A stretch of 64,000 nt of DNA. Source: Candidatus Limnocylindrales bacterium (GTDB lineage: Bacteria > Chloroflexota > Limnocylindria > Limnocylindrales > CSP1-4). The position numbers and the translations under genes were made by a program. The notes beneath the pieces are model-generated. The model was not told the DNA's origin, did not search any database, and worked only from the letters and a program-made list of their open reading frames with translations. Positions within the stretch are counted from its first letter, which is position 1. Every line of letters begins with the position of its first letter. Shown here piece by piece: positions 25,964-34,921 of the stretch. Where the stretch lies: positions 25,289 through 89,288 of the forward strand of contig JBBQDL010000002.1 in the NCBI GenBank assembly GCA_038319665.1, read 5' to 3'.

Positions 25964-27253
25964 TTGACCGCGCCATCGCCGCTCAGCCCCGAAGAGATCG
26001 CCGCCGTCCGAAAACCTTATCGGGCGGCCTCGCTGCTGCCCGGCCGCGCCTATCACGACCCGGCGATCCACGACTTCGAACGGGACGAGTGGTTCCGGCG
26101 CGACTGGATCGTCGTCGGTCGCGAGGAGGACGCCAAGGCGCCCGGGACGTACTTCCTTGCCGAGGTCGACGACGAGTCGCTCATCGTGGTCCGCGGTCGG
26201 GACGGTGTCCTGCGCGGCTTCTACAACGTCTGCCGGCATCGAGGAACCGCGGTCCTCGAGGAACCATGCGGCGCCGCGGCCCGCTTCCAGTGTCCGTACC
26301 ACGCCTGGATCTACGACCTCGACGGGACACTGGTGCGGGCCAAGCACACCGAGGATCTCGACGACTTCAGCCACGAGGCGTACGGCCTCATGGGCGTGCG
26401 AGTCGAGACATGGCAGGGGTTCGTCTTCGTCAGCCTCGACCCCGACGCGACGCCGCTGGCCGACTGGCTCGGCGACCTCGTCCCCCATCTCGCGCGCTTC
26501 GACTTCGGCGCCCTGCGGGTCGCCCACTCCGTGACCTACGAGGTCGATGCCAACTGGAAGTTCATCGCCGAGAACTACAGCGAGTGCTATCACTGCCCGG
26601 CCATCCACCCGCAGCTCAATCGGCTCACGCCGTATGACATCGGCGGCGATTACTCGCCCGAGGGACCCTGGCAGGGCGGCTGGATGGAGCTGGTCGACGA
26701 CGCCGAGACGATGGCGCTCGATGGCGGCCACCGGGCCGGCCGGCCGGCGATGGCCGGGATCACGTCGCTCGACGATCGGCGCATCTACTACTACCTCGTC
26801 TGGCCGTCGACCTTCCTCTCGATCCACCCGGACTACCTGCTCGTTCACCGGCTCGTGCCGGGCCGCCCCGACCACACCCGGATCGTGTGCGAGTGGCTGT
26901 TCGAGCCCGCGAGCATCGCGGCGCCAGACTTCGACCCGTCCGAGGCGATCGCCTTCTGGGACCTCACCAATCGCCAGGACTGGCATGTGTGCGAGCTCCA
27001 GCAGCGCGGGACGCGCTCGCGCAGCTGGACCGCCGGCCGCTATTCGAACCAGGAGCCGAGCGTCCACGCCTTCGACCTGATGGCAGTGGACCGCTACGCT
27101 GCGGACGGGGTCGGGAGCCGCCGCACCGTGCGGTCGCGCTACGACATCCCGCCGCCGAAGGAGGGCGGCGTCCCGCAGCCCGGGGAGGTCCCGGCGAGCC
27201 TGCTGCCGCGGTCCGCCGCACGGGCCGGGGCGAGGGCCAAGGCTCGCAGCTAG
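25964..27253 (+). CDS. Rieske [2Fe-2S] non-heme iron oxygenase alpha subunit (GbcA/Stc2/CntA-like)
   Basis: 'CRHRG...CPYHAW' Rieske motif. 'NWKFIAENYSECYHCPAIHP' catalytic-domain region. TTG start 16 nt after the previous gene. Confidence 0.85.
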   Translation: MTAPSPLSPEEIAAVRKPYRAASLLPGRAYHDPAIHDFERDEWFRRDWIVVGREEDAKAPGTYFLAEVDDESLIVVRGRDGVLRGFYNVCRHRGTAVLEEPCGAAARFQCPYHAWIYDLDGTLVRAKHTEDLDDFSHEAYGLMGVRVETWQGFVFVSLDPDATPLADWLGDLVPHLARFDFGALRVAHSVTYEVDANWKFIAENYSECYHCPAIHPQLNRLTPYDIGGDYSPEGPWQGGWMELVDDAETMALDGGHRAGRPAMAGITSLDDRRIYYYLVWPSTFLSIHPDYLLVHRLVPGRPDHTRIVCEWLFEPASIAAPDFDPSEAIAFWDLTNRQDWHVCELQQRGTRSRSWTAGRYSNQEPSVHAFDLMAVDRYAADGVGSRRTVRSRYDIPPPKEGGVPQPGEVPASLLPRSAARAGARAKARS

Positions 27254-27256
27254 GCG

Positions 27257-28078
27257 TCAGACGAGAGCGTCCGCCTCGGTGTCGACCCGCCGGCTCTCCT
27301 CGCCACCGAACGTCCCGAGGCGCCAGCCGATGAAGAGCGCGACCGCGACGACCGCCACGATGATCGTCGAGATGGCGTTGATCTGGGGCGTGACCCCGAA
27401 CTTGATCGAGCTGTAGATGAAGATCGGCAACGTCGTGGAACCGACACCGGCGTTGAACGAGGTCACGACGAGGTCATCGAAGGAGAGGGCAAAGGCGAGC
27501 ATCGCCCCGGCCCCGACCGCCGGCGCGATGAGCGGCAAGGTGACATGCCAGAACGCCCCCAGCGACGACGACCCGAGGTCGCGGGCCGCGTCTTCGAGAT
27601 GCGGATCCATGTTTCGGGCGCGCGCCCGCACCACGACCGCCACGTACGAGATGCAGAACGTGATGTGGGCGATCGCGATCTGGCCAAGGGAGCCGTTCTG
27701 ACCGAAGAGCTGGCTGAAGAAGATGAGCAGGCTGATGCCCATGATGATCTCGGGCGTGACCATCGGCAGGAGCACGAGCACCTCCGAGGCACCCATCCCC
27801 CGGAACCGCATGCGGGCCAACGCGAGCCCGAGGAGCGACCCGATCACGGTCGAGGCGATCACGGCGATCACAGCGACCTGGAGGGTGATCGACAGGGCAT
27901 CGAGCAGGTCGCGGTTGGCGAACAGCTTCGGGTACCAGTCGGTCGTGAAGCCGAGCCACACGAAGTTCCGCCGCGAGATATTGAAGCTGAAGATGATCAG
28001 AACGACGATCGGCGCGAACAGGAAGATATAGATCGCGATGGCAAAGGCGGTGAGCCACCGATTGCCTCCCGTCTTCAC
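27257..28078 (-). CDS. ABC transporter permease (PotC-like)
   Basis: 'ALSITLQVAVIAVIASTVIGSLLGLALAR', 'LPMVTPEIIMGISLLIFF', 'EDAARDLGSS'. GTGA overlap with the upstream permease. Confidence 0.85.
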   Translation of the reverse strand: MKTGGNRWLTAFAIAIYIFLFAPIVVLIIFSFNISRRNFVWLGFTTDWYPKLFANRDLLDALSITLQVAVIAVIASTVIGSLLGLALARMRFRGMGASEVLVLLPMVTPEIIMGISLLIFFSQLFGQNGSLGQIAIAHITFCISYVAVVVRARARNMDPHLEDAARDLGSSSLGAFWHVTLPLIAPAVGAGAMLAFALSFDDLVVTSFNAGVGSTTLPIFIYSSIKFGVTPQINAISTIIVAVVAVALFIGWRLGTFGGEESRRVDTEADALV

Positions 28079-28971
28079 CCGAAGGTCTCCTGGCGGAGCG
28101 CCCGGATGGCGAGCAGCGTCCCGCCCAGGGTGACGACCATGAGCATGAACCCGAGGGCCGAGCCGTACGGCCAGTCGCGACCGCTCGTGAACAGGACCTG
28201 GACGACCTTGGCGATGGTCGACGTCTGCGCGCCGCCGAGCAGGTCCGGCGTGACGTAATCGCCCATCGCCGGGATGAACGTCAGGATGGAGGCCGCGATG
28301 ATGCCCGGCATCGTCAGCGGCAGGACGACATGCAGGAACACGCCCCGGCCGCTGGCGTACAGGTCGCGGCCGGCCTTGACGAGCTCGTCGTCAAGGCGAT
28401 CGATCGAGACGTAGAGCGGCAGGATCGCGAACGGCAGGAAGCCGTAGGTCATCCCGAGGACGACCGAGAAGTCCGTGTTGAGGAACGGGATGGGATCGCT
28501 GGTGATCCCGAGCCCCATGAGGATGGAGTTCGCGACCCCGTTGTCGCGCAGGATGATCATCCACGCGTAGGTCCGGATGAGGTAGCTCGTCCAGAACGGC
28601 AACATGACCAGGATGAGCAGCAGGATCTTGTGTCGCCCGCCGTGGCGCGAGATCCAGAAGGCGATCGGATAACCGATGGCCAGCGACAGGATCGTCGTCA
28701 GGAACGAGTAGCGCACCGAGTTGGCGAAGGCCGGCAGGAACTCCGGCTTCGTCGCCTCGATGTAGTTGCGAAAGCCGAGGTCGTTGAGCACGACGTGCCC
28801 GGTCGTATCGTTCGAGCCGAAGCTGACGACGAAGATGATCAGCAGCGGTGCGAGGAAGAAGGCCAGCAACCAGCCGACCCCGGGCAGGACGAGCAGGCCG
28901 CCCGTCAGGCGCGCCCGGAACGGCCGGGCGCGCCCGCCGACAGCCGGGGCTAGCTCGTGAGCTCGATCCAC
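28075..28971 (-). CDS. ABC transporter permease (PotB-like)
   Basis: 'LPFWTSYLIRTYAWMIIL', 'LVKAGRDLYAS'. GTG 28971 is the first plausible start; it overlaps the SBP gene by 22 nt. Confidence 0.8.
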   Translation of the reverse strand: MDRAHELAPAVGGRARPFRARLTGGLLVLPGVGWLLAFFLAPLLIIFVVSFGSNDTTGHVVLNDLGFRNYIEATKPEFLPAFANSVRYSFLTTILSLAIGYPIAFWISRHGGRHKILLLILVMLPFWTSYLIRTYAWMIILRDNGVANSILMGLGITSDPIPFLNTDFSVVLGMTYGFLPFAILPLYVSIDRLDDELVKAGRDLYASGRGVFLHVVLPLTMPGIIAASILTFIPAMGDYVTPDLLGGAQTSTIAKVVQVLFTSGRDWPYGSALGFMLMVVTLGGTLLAIRALRQETFG

Positions 28972-30197
28972 CGGCTCGTGTACTTGCTGAGGTCGGTGCC
29001 TTCCAGGGTGACGAGTTCGGCCAGGCCGGAATAGACCCCCGCGTCGGGGTTGAGGTTCGGGTTGCCGAGGATGGCCGGGTCGATGAACGCCTGGGCGGCG
29101 GCGTTGGGTCCCATGTAGCCGATGAAATTCGAGTTCGCCGCGCTGACCTTGGCGTCGAGGTTGAAGTCGATCCACAGGTGCGCCGCGATCGGATGCTTGG
29201 CGCCGGACAGGACGACCATCGTGTCCGAACCGCGGACGGCGCCTTCGCTCGGGATCACGTACTTGGCGTTCGCCGAGCCCGGGTCGTAGGTCATCTGGAC
29301 CCAGTCACCGGACCACGCCTGGGTCATCCAAAGCTGCCCGCCCGTGAAGTCGCCGATGTCGTCCTGCGTGTACTTGCGCAGGAGCGGCTTCTGCGTCTTG
29401 AGCAGGGCGAGGATGGCGTCGAGATCGGTGTCCTGGGTCGTGTTCGCCGGCAGGCTGAGCCGGAAGCCGCCGGCGGCGAAGACCTCCTGGAGGTCGTCGA
29501 GCATGCCGAGCTTGCCCGTGTACCTGGGATCCCACAGCGACGCCCAGCTGGTGATGTCCTCCTTGACCTTGGCGGGATTCCAGGCGATGCCGGTCGTCCA
29601 CCAGTAGTTGGGCACGGAGAACTTGTTGCCCTTGTCGTAGTCGGGGTCGACCCACGTCGGTCCGAGGTTCTTGAGGTTGGGGAGGAGCGAGTGGTCGAGC
29701 GCGGAGATGACCCCGTCCCGGGAGAGCGGCCCGATGTCGGTCGAGGCCGGATAGGTCAGGTCGTAGCCACCGCCCTTGAGGTCGCTCCGGATCTTGGTGA
29801 TCTGCGTCGACGCGTCGGGGAACTTGTCGTACTTGACCTTGATCCCGTACTTGGCCTCGAAGTCCGATTGCGTCTTGTCGCCGATGTAGCCGTCCCAGTT
29901 GTAGATGAAGAGTTCCGACTCCGGTGTTGGGACTGGCGTTGGCTGGGGCGTGGCAGTCGCGACCGGAGTCGCCGACGGCGCGGAGCTCGGCGGGATCGGG
30001 GTCGCCGTCGACACCTGCGATGGCGAGGCGGACGCGGCCGCACCGGTGCAGGCCGCCACGATCGGGGCAAGAGCCGCGACCGCGCCCACGTTGGCGATGA
30101 GCTCGAGCAGCGTCCGCCGCGTCAGGCGCCGCTCGGCCAGATAGCGGGCCAGTTCGCGCTCCAGGTCCGGCTGTGATCCGTCGTATCGGTCGCTCAT
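28950..30197 (-). CDS. PotD/PotF-like polyamine-type substrate-binding lipoprotein
   Basis: Twin-Arg plus lipobox 'RRLTRRTLL...APIVAAC'. Pro/Thr/Ser linker. 'LFIYNWDGYI...' PotD/F-like body. Confidence 0.85.
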   Translation of the reverse strand: MSDRYDGSQPDLERELARYLAERRLTRRTLLELIANVGAVAALAPIVAACTGAAASASPSQVSTATPIPPSSAPSATPVATATPQPTPVPTPESELFIYNWDGYIGDKTQSDFEAKYGIKVKYDKFPDASTQITKIRSDLKGGGYDLTYPASTDIGPLSRDGVISALDHSLLPNLKNLGPTWVDPDYDKGNKFSVPNYWWTTGIAWNPAKVKEDITSWASLWDPRYTGKLGMLDDLQEVFAAGGFRLSLPANTTQDTDLDAILALLKTQKPLLRKYTQDDIGDFTGGQLWMTQAWSGDWVQMTYDPGSANAKYVIPSEGAVRGSDTMVVLSGAKHPIAAHLWIDFNLDAKVSAANSNFIGYMGPNAAAQAFIDPAILGNPNLNPDAGVYSGLAELVTLEGTDLSKYTSRWIELTS

Positions 30198-31294
30198 GAT
30201 CGCTCCTCCTCCTGCCGGTCCGGACCTCGGCCGAGGATCAGCGCCTCGGACGGTGTCCAGCTGACGGCCACTTCGCTGCTGACCGGGTGCCGGATCCCGG
30301 TCTTGGGGGCAAGGACGGTCAGCGGCTGGCCGCCCGCCGTCCGTAGTTGATACGAGATGGTCGATCCGAGATAGGCCGCTTGCACCACGGTCGCCTTGAT
30401 GGCGCCGACGGCCGAGGCGGGGACGAGCGCGATCGCCTCCGGGCGGACGCTGATCTCTACCTCGGTGCCGGTCGGCAGGCCGTCGTGTGCCACCTGCGCG
30501 ATGTCACCCGACGTCAGACGTACCCTGCCGTCCGCTTCGACGCGGCCGCGCAGGAGGTTCGTCGACCCGATGAAATCGGCGACGAAGCGGGTCGCCGGTC
30601 GGTCGTAGAGCTCCTCGGGAGTGCCGAGCTGCTCGATCTTGCCAGCATGCATCACGGCGATCCTGTCGCTCATGGTGAGCGCCTCTTCCTGATCGTGGGT
30701 GACGTACACGAAGGTGATCCCAACCTCGGTCTGGATCCGCTTGAGCTCGAGCTGGAGCTGGCGGCGAAGCTTGAGGTCGAGCGCTCCGAGCGGCTCGTCG
30801 AGGAGCAGCACGTTGGGTCGGTTCACGAGCGCCCGGGCCAGGGCCACACGCTGTTGTTGGCCGCCCGACAACTGGTTCGGGCGTCGCCGGTCGTAGCCAT
30901 CGAGGTGAACGAGCTCGAGCGCCTCGCCGACCCGCCGGACGATCTCGGGTTTGGCCACGCTCTTGCGGCGGAGACCGAAGGCGACGTTGTCACCGACGTC
31001 GAGGTGCGGGAAAAGCGCGTAGTTCTGGAAGACCATGTTGACCGGCCGCTTGTCGGGCGGATCGTTCGTCACATCCCGCCCGCGAAGCAGGATCGAGCCA
31101 CCGGTCGGCAGCTCGAAGCCGCCGATCATCCGCAGCGTGGTCGTCTTGCCGCAGCCCGACGGCCCGAGCAGCGAGAAGAACTCGCCTGCCCCGACCTCGA
31201 GTGAGACGCCGTCCACGGCGCGCACTTCGCGGAACCGCTTCTCGAGGTCGAGCAGCTGGATCTCCGGGGACGAGGTGGCCGTCTCGGACGTCAT
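30194..31294 (-). CDS. ABC transporter ATPase (PotA-like)
   Basis: Walker A 'GPSGCGKTT', signature 'LSGGQQQRVALARAL', Walker B 'LLLDEPL'. ATG 31294 chosen. Confidence 0.9.
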   Translation of the reverse strand: MTSETATSSPEIQLLDLEKRFREVRAVDGVSLEVGAGEFFSLLGPSGCGKTTTLRMIGGFELPTGGSILLRGRDVTNDPPDKRPVNMVFQNYALFPHLDVGDNVAFGLRRKSVAKPEIVRRVGEALELVHLDGYDRRRPNQLSGGQQQRVALARALVNRPNVLLLDEPLGALDLKLRRQLQLELKRIQTEVGITFVYVTHDQEEALTMSDRIAVMHAGKIEQLGTPEELYDRPATRFVADFIGSTNLLRGRVEADGRVRLTSGDIAQVAHDGLPTGTEVEISVRPEAIALVPASAVGAIKATVVQAAYLGSTISYQLRTAGGQPLTVLAPKTGIRHPVSSEVAVSWTPSEALILGRGPDRQEEERS

Positions 31295-31462
31295 CGCGTG
31301 GTCGAGGCTAGCGGAGGACGCGGTCCCGTGCTGGCGAGCGTCCCGGGCAACGCAACGTGGCTCGCGCCGTAACCAAAAGTTCCACTCGCCCACGACATCG
31401 GGCCCACTGGCAATGCCCTCCGGATTGCCTATGTTCGAGACCACAAAGGGGAGATATCGAGC

Positions 31463-32239
31463 TTGTCCCGGTACCAGCGACGGATCCGATCGGTCTTCGT
31501 CGGCGTAGTCGCGTTGACGGTCCTCCTGAGCGCGTCACTCGCCCTGTTCGTTGGTCCGGTCCTCGGGCTGTCCGCGACGTGCGGCACCGTGACCCCTGTC
31601 CGAAGGGAGCGGCTCCCCGAGCAGCGGGACGCCGACCACGACCTTCAGCTTCACGGTGAAGTACACGAACAGCACCGGCGGCACGCCCATTTCGGCTCGA
31701 GTGCGCTTCCAGGACAATAGCGTGGTCAACCTGGTATCCGGCGGCGGGAGCACGACCACCAGTCGGGTCTACAGATGGTCGTCGGTCGCCGCCGCGGTCG
31801 CCGAGAAGGGCAAGCCCCCGATCTCCTCGAGGTCGCCCCGGATCTCGCCGTACCGGACCTGGCCGCCGCGCCGCTCGCGGTCTTGACCGCGATCGACGAG
31901 GATCTGGCGCCGGTCGACGACGACGCGCCACTCAAGCACGCTCGCAAGACGGCAGCCAAGCGGACCACGCGCCCGGTCGCCGGCCCCGCGGCCGGCGCAG
32001 CCCGAGCGTTCTCGAAGCCGCCCAGGAAGGGCGTGGAACGCGCGAAAGTCGGCTACCGACGGGTACGGATCAGCTCGGAGCCCGACGCCGTGCGCTCGAT
32101 CGAACTCGGTCGACTCGACCCTGGTGATGAGGTCGAGATCCTCGACTCGAGCGAAGGGTTCCTGCACGTCCGGACGCCGGACGACATCACGGGCTGGATC
32201 CTCCGCCACACGATCGTTGGGGGAGCGGCGGCCACCTAG
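31463..32239 (+). pseudogene. Secreted protein with C-terminal bacterial SH3 domain, broken by two compensating frameshifts
   Basis: Signal peptide in frame 2 (31463-~31597). Beta-rich 'TFSFTVKYTNSTGGTPISARVRFQDNSVVNL' in frame 0 (31593-~31815). Linker plus SH3-like 'GYRRVRISSEPD...GDEVEILDSSEGFLHVRT' back in frame 2 (to 32239). Confidence 0.55.
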
Positions 32240-32381
32240 GCGCGGCGCGGGACGGCGCCCGCGTGCGTTGCGCCCTGCGCTCCTTCGCTCACGCACCTTG
32301 AGGTGCGCTCGCTGCGGTGCTCGGGCGCCGCCTTCGCCGGCGTCATCCGGCGCCGCGATTCTCGGGCGAACGCTTTCGCGC

Positions 32382-33293
32382 CTATCGACTTGGGCGGGTG
32401 CGGGCCTTGATGCGGGCGAGGGCGCCCTCCCAGTCGGGGTCGATGGGGCGGCCGGGTTCGTCGAGGTCGATCAGGAGCGGGGCGTGGTCGGACGGGACGG
32501 GCGGGCCCTTTCGGGCGTCGCGATCGATCTCCGCACCGACGACTCGCGCCGCGACCGGCGCGGAGACGAGCAGGTGATCGATCCGCATGCCGAGGTTCTT
32601 GTGGAACATCCCGGCTCGGTAGTCCCACCACGTGAAGCGGCCCGGCTCGCTCCGCCGCGACCGGTAGGCGTCGACCAGGCCAGGCTCAAGGAGGGCGCGG
32701 AAGGCGGCCCGTTCCGGCTCGGAGACATGCGTCCCGCCCTGGACGGCCGCCGCGTCCCAGACGTCGAGATCGGTCGGTGCGACGTTGAAGTCGCCGCCGA
32801 TCACCAACGCCTCGTCGGGCGTCGTCGCCTCGCGGATCCAGCGCGCCAGGCGCTCGAACCAGGCGAGCTTGCCCGCGTAGAACGGCGAGCCGACGACCCG
32901 TCCGTTCGGCGCATACACGCTGACGACCCGGACCCCGTCGATCATGGCGGCGAGCATCCGGGCCTCGTCGAACGGGTCGAAATCGTCCTCGCCGGCAACC
33001 TCGGCGCCGGCGCCGCCGGGGCCCGAATCGCGCACCGGGCCGTCACCGAAGTTGGTGACCACGTCCGAGACGGCCAGGCCGTTCCGGGCCGCGATGGCCA
33101 CCCCATTCCAGCGACCTTCCCCGTGGTGGACGAGCTGGTAGCCGGCCATCGCGAAGGCCATGACCGGCGCGTCCGCGTCGGTCAGCTTCGTCTCCTGGAT
33201 GAGCAGGATGTCGGGCGCCGCGCGAGCCAGCCAGTTCTCGACCGCCTCCTGGCGCGCCTTGAGCGAGTTGACGTTCCACGTCGCGATCCGCAC
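32382..33293 (-). CDS. xthA: Exodeoxyribonuclease III
   Basis: 'VRIATWNVNSLKAR', 'LLIQETK', 'GGDFNVAP', 'RIDHLLVS', 'PSDHAPL'. GTG 33293. Confidence 0.9.
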   Translation of the reverse strand: MRIATWNVNSLKARQEAVENWLARAAPDILLIQETKLTDADAPVMAFAMAGYQLVHHGEGRWNGVAIAARNGLAVSDVVTNFGDGPVRDSGPGGAGAEVAGEDDFDPFDEARMLAAMIDGVRVVSVYAPNGRVVGSPFYAGKLAWFERLARWIREATTPDEALVIGGDFNVAPTDLDVWDAAAVQGGTHVSEPERAAFRALLEPGLVDAYRSRRSEPGRFTWWDYRAGMFHKNLGMRIDHLLVSAPVAARVVGAEIDRDARKGPPVPSDHAPLLIDLDEPGRPIDPDWEGALARIKARTRPSR

Positions 33294-33301
33294 GGCGCCG
33301 C

Positions 33302-33988
33302 CTAGTAGCGCCGGCCGCGCTGCCGGTCGAGATCGAAGGTCGCCGTCTCGGCGACAGCCATGACCGCCATCGTGCCGGCCTGGACCGGGTCGGAGACGAC
33401 GAGGTCGACGTGATCGGTGATCGACCCGACCATGTTGAGGGCGATGATCGGGATGCCGACGGCGCGCAATTCGTCGGCCGCCACGCTGATGTCGCCGCCC
33501 ATGATCGAGCCGGCGAGGACCAGCAGTCTCGCCCGCGGCAGGTCGGCCACGGCGCGAACGGCGGCCGCGATGTGCTCCTCGCCGACGAGCGGGATGGTGT
33601 CGACGCTGATCCGCTCCCCGCGCAGGTTGTGGCGGTCGGCTTCGCTGACCGCACCGAGGGCGACCTGGGCGACCTGCGCCCCGCCGCCGACGACGATGAT
33701 CCGCTTGCCGAAGACGCTGTCGAGGGCACGGGTCAGGTGGATCGCCCGGACATCGTCGAGCGCCTCGAGCGAGCCGACCAGCGCCTCTTCTGTGACGCCT
33801 TCGACCTCGAGCTCGATCTCCGTCAGCGGTGGCTGGCCGTCGATGCGGCGGACCGTCGCCAGGGCTCGGATGCGACCACCGATCTCGGCGACGCGGGCCA
33901 CAACCATCGCGACCGAGGCCGCCGTGTCGACGAGGTCGAATCGGATCGCCGCCGTCGTCGTTCGGCTTCCACCCTGGCGCCGGGGCAT
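33302..33988 (-). CDS. ACT-like N-terminal domain plus Rossmann-like C-terminal domain protein (DUF5612-like, tentative)
   Basis: 'IRFDLVDTAASVAMVVARVAEIGGRI' then 'KRIIVVGGGAQVAQVALGA...LLVLAGSIMGG'. The family name is from memory only. Confidence 0.5.
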   Translation of the reverse strand: MPRRQGGSRTTTAAIRFDLVDTAASVAMVVARVAEIGGRIRALATVRRIDGQPPLTEIELEVEGVTEEALVGSLEALDDVRAIHLTRALDSVFGKRIIVVGGGAQVAQVALGAVSEADRHNLRGERISVDTIPLVGEEHIAAAVRAVADLPRARLLVLAGSIMGGDISVAADELRAVGIPIIALNMVGSITDHVDLVVSDPVQAGTMAVMAVAETATFDLDRQRGRRY

Positions 33989-34275
33989 CAGCCGAGCGAG
34001 CCGCGCCCGGCGGCGCCCGGTCGGAGATCGCTGACGGACATCGAATCGGGCTCCATCCCGCCGGTCGGGTCGTGCTCCTCATAGGGCAGCCCGAGGCCGG
34101 CGAACGCTTCACGCGTCGCGGCGGCGTCGGAGGTCGTCAGCATGAGTGCGCCATCGGTGTCTTCGGCCACGCCGACGATGCCCGTGATGTTGACGCCGCG
34201 GTCGCCGAGCGCCGCCGCCACCCGGGCGAGCGAGCCCGGCCGATCGTCGAGCTTGACCGTGAACCACACCGTCAC
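33988..34275 (-). CDS. Small ACT-domain protein
   Basis: GTG 34275 follows AGGAGG. 'VWFTVKLDDRPGSLARVAAALGDRGVNITGIVG'. ATGA overlap with the next gene. Confidence 0.7.
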   Translation of the reverse strand: MTVWFTVKLDDRPGSLARVAAALGDRGVNITGIVGVAEDTDGALMLTTSDAAATREAFAGLGLPYEEHDPTGGMEPDSMSVSDLRPGAAGRGSLG

Positions 34276-34363
34276 GAGGCACCTCCTGCTAGGCGTTCGA
34301 TGGTACCCGCACGGTACGCTCCGCGGCATGCCAGCCCCACTCGGCAAGACCCCGACGAAGAGG

Positions 34364-34726
34364 ATGCCGGACATCCAGGTCTTTGGCCGGGACGACTCGG
34401 CGCCGACTCGGGCGGCCCTCCGTTTCTTCCGAGAACGGCGCATCGTCGTCCACTACGTCGACATCAGGAAGCGCGGCATCGCGCCGGCCGAGCTGCAACG
34501 GTTCACCCAACGCTTGGGCGCCGCCACGTTGCTGGACACGACGGCGAGGTCGTACCGCGACGCGGGTCTCGCGCACCTGAGCCTCGAGGAGCACGGGATC
34601 GTCGCCCGCCTCCTGGCCGACCCGAGCCTCCTGCGGTTGCCGCTGACGCGCCACGGGAACGAGGTTGCGGTCGGGCCGGACGAATCGGCCTGGGCTCGCT
34701 GGATCAGGCCGGCGGGCGGCTCTTGA
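34364..34726 (+). CDS. ArsC/Spx/YffB-family protein (no CxxC)
   Basis: 'MPDIQVFGRDDSAPTRAALRFFRERRI...LLRLPL'. An alternative ATG at 34328 sits 7 nt after a TACGCT -10-like hexamer. Confidence 0.7.
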   Translation: MPDIQVFGRDDSAPTRAALRFFRERRIVVHYVDIRKRGIAPAELQRFTQRLGAATLLDTTARSYRDAGLAHLSLEEHGIVARLLADPSLLRLPLTRHGNEVAVGPDESAWARWIRPAGGS

Positions 34727-34898
34727 CGGCGGTCGTGGCGATCACCGCGGCGGCGACGATGAGGGTCGCGCCGACGATCGCCCAGAACGTGCTTCCAGTC
34801 ATGCCGGATCCGCCGATGTAGCCGAGCCCTTGCCCGACGAAGGTGAGACCGACCAGGGCCAGGATGACCGCGAGGATCCATCTCGTGCGCACAGGCAC
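34704..34898 (-). CDS. Small two-TM membrane protein
   Basis: 'WILAVILALVGLTFVGQGLGYIGG...FWAIVGATLIVAAAVIATTAV'. The better-spaced start is GTG 34892 (AGGAGG 5 nt upstream). Confidence 0.45.
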   Translation of the reverse strand: MPVRTRWILAVILALVGLTFVGQGLGYIGGSGMTGSTFWAIVGATLIVAAAVIATTAVKSRPPA

Positions 34899-34921
34899 CT
34901 CCTGGATGGCATGCTAGCCCG

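Noticed and set aside
31656-31886. ORF 31656..31886 (76 aa) and ORF 31463..31720 (85 aa) as independent small genes.
   Set aside because: Coding bias in frame 0 begins at 31593, before any start codon, and the frame-2 ORF loses GC3 bias after about 31600. Together they read as pieces of one frameshifted gene.
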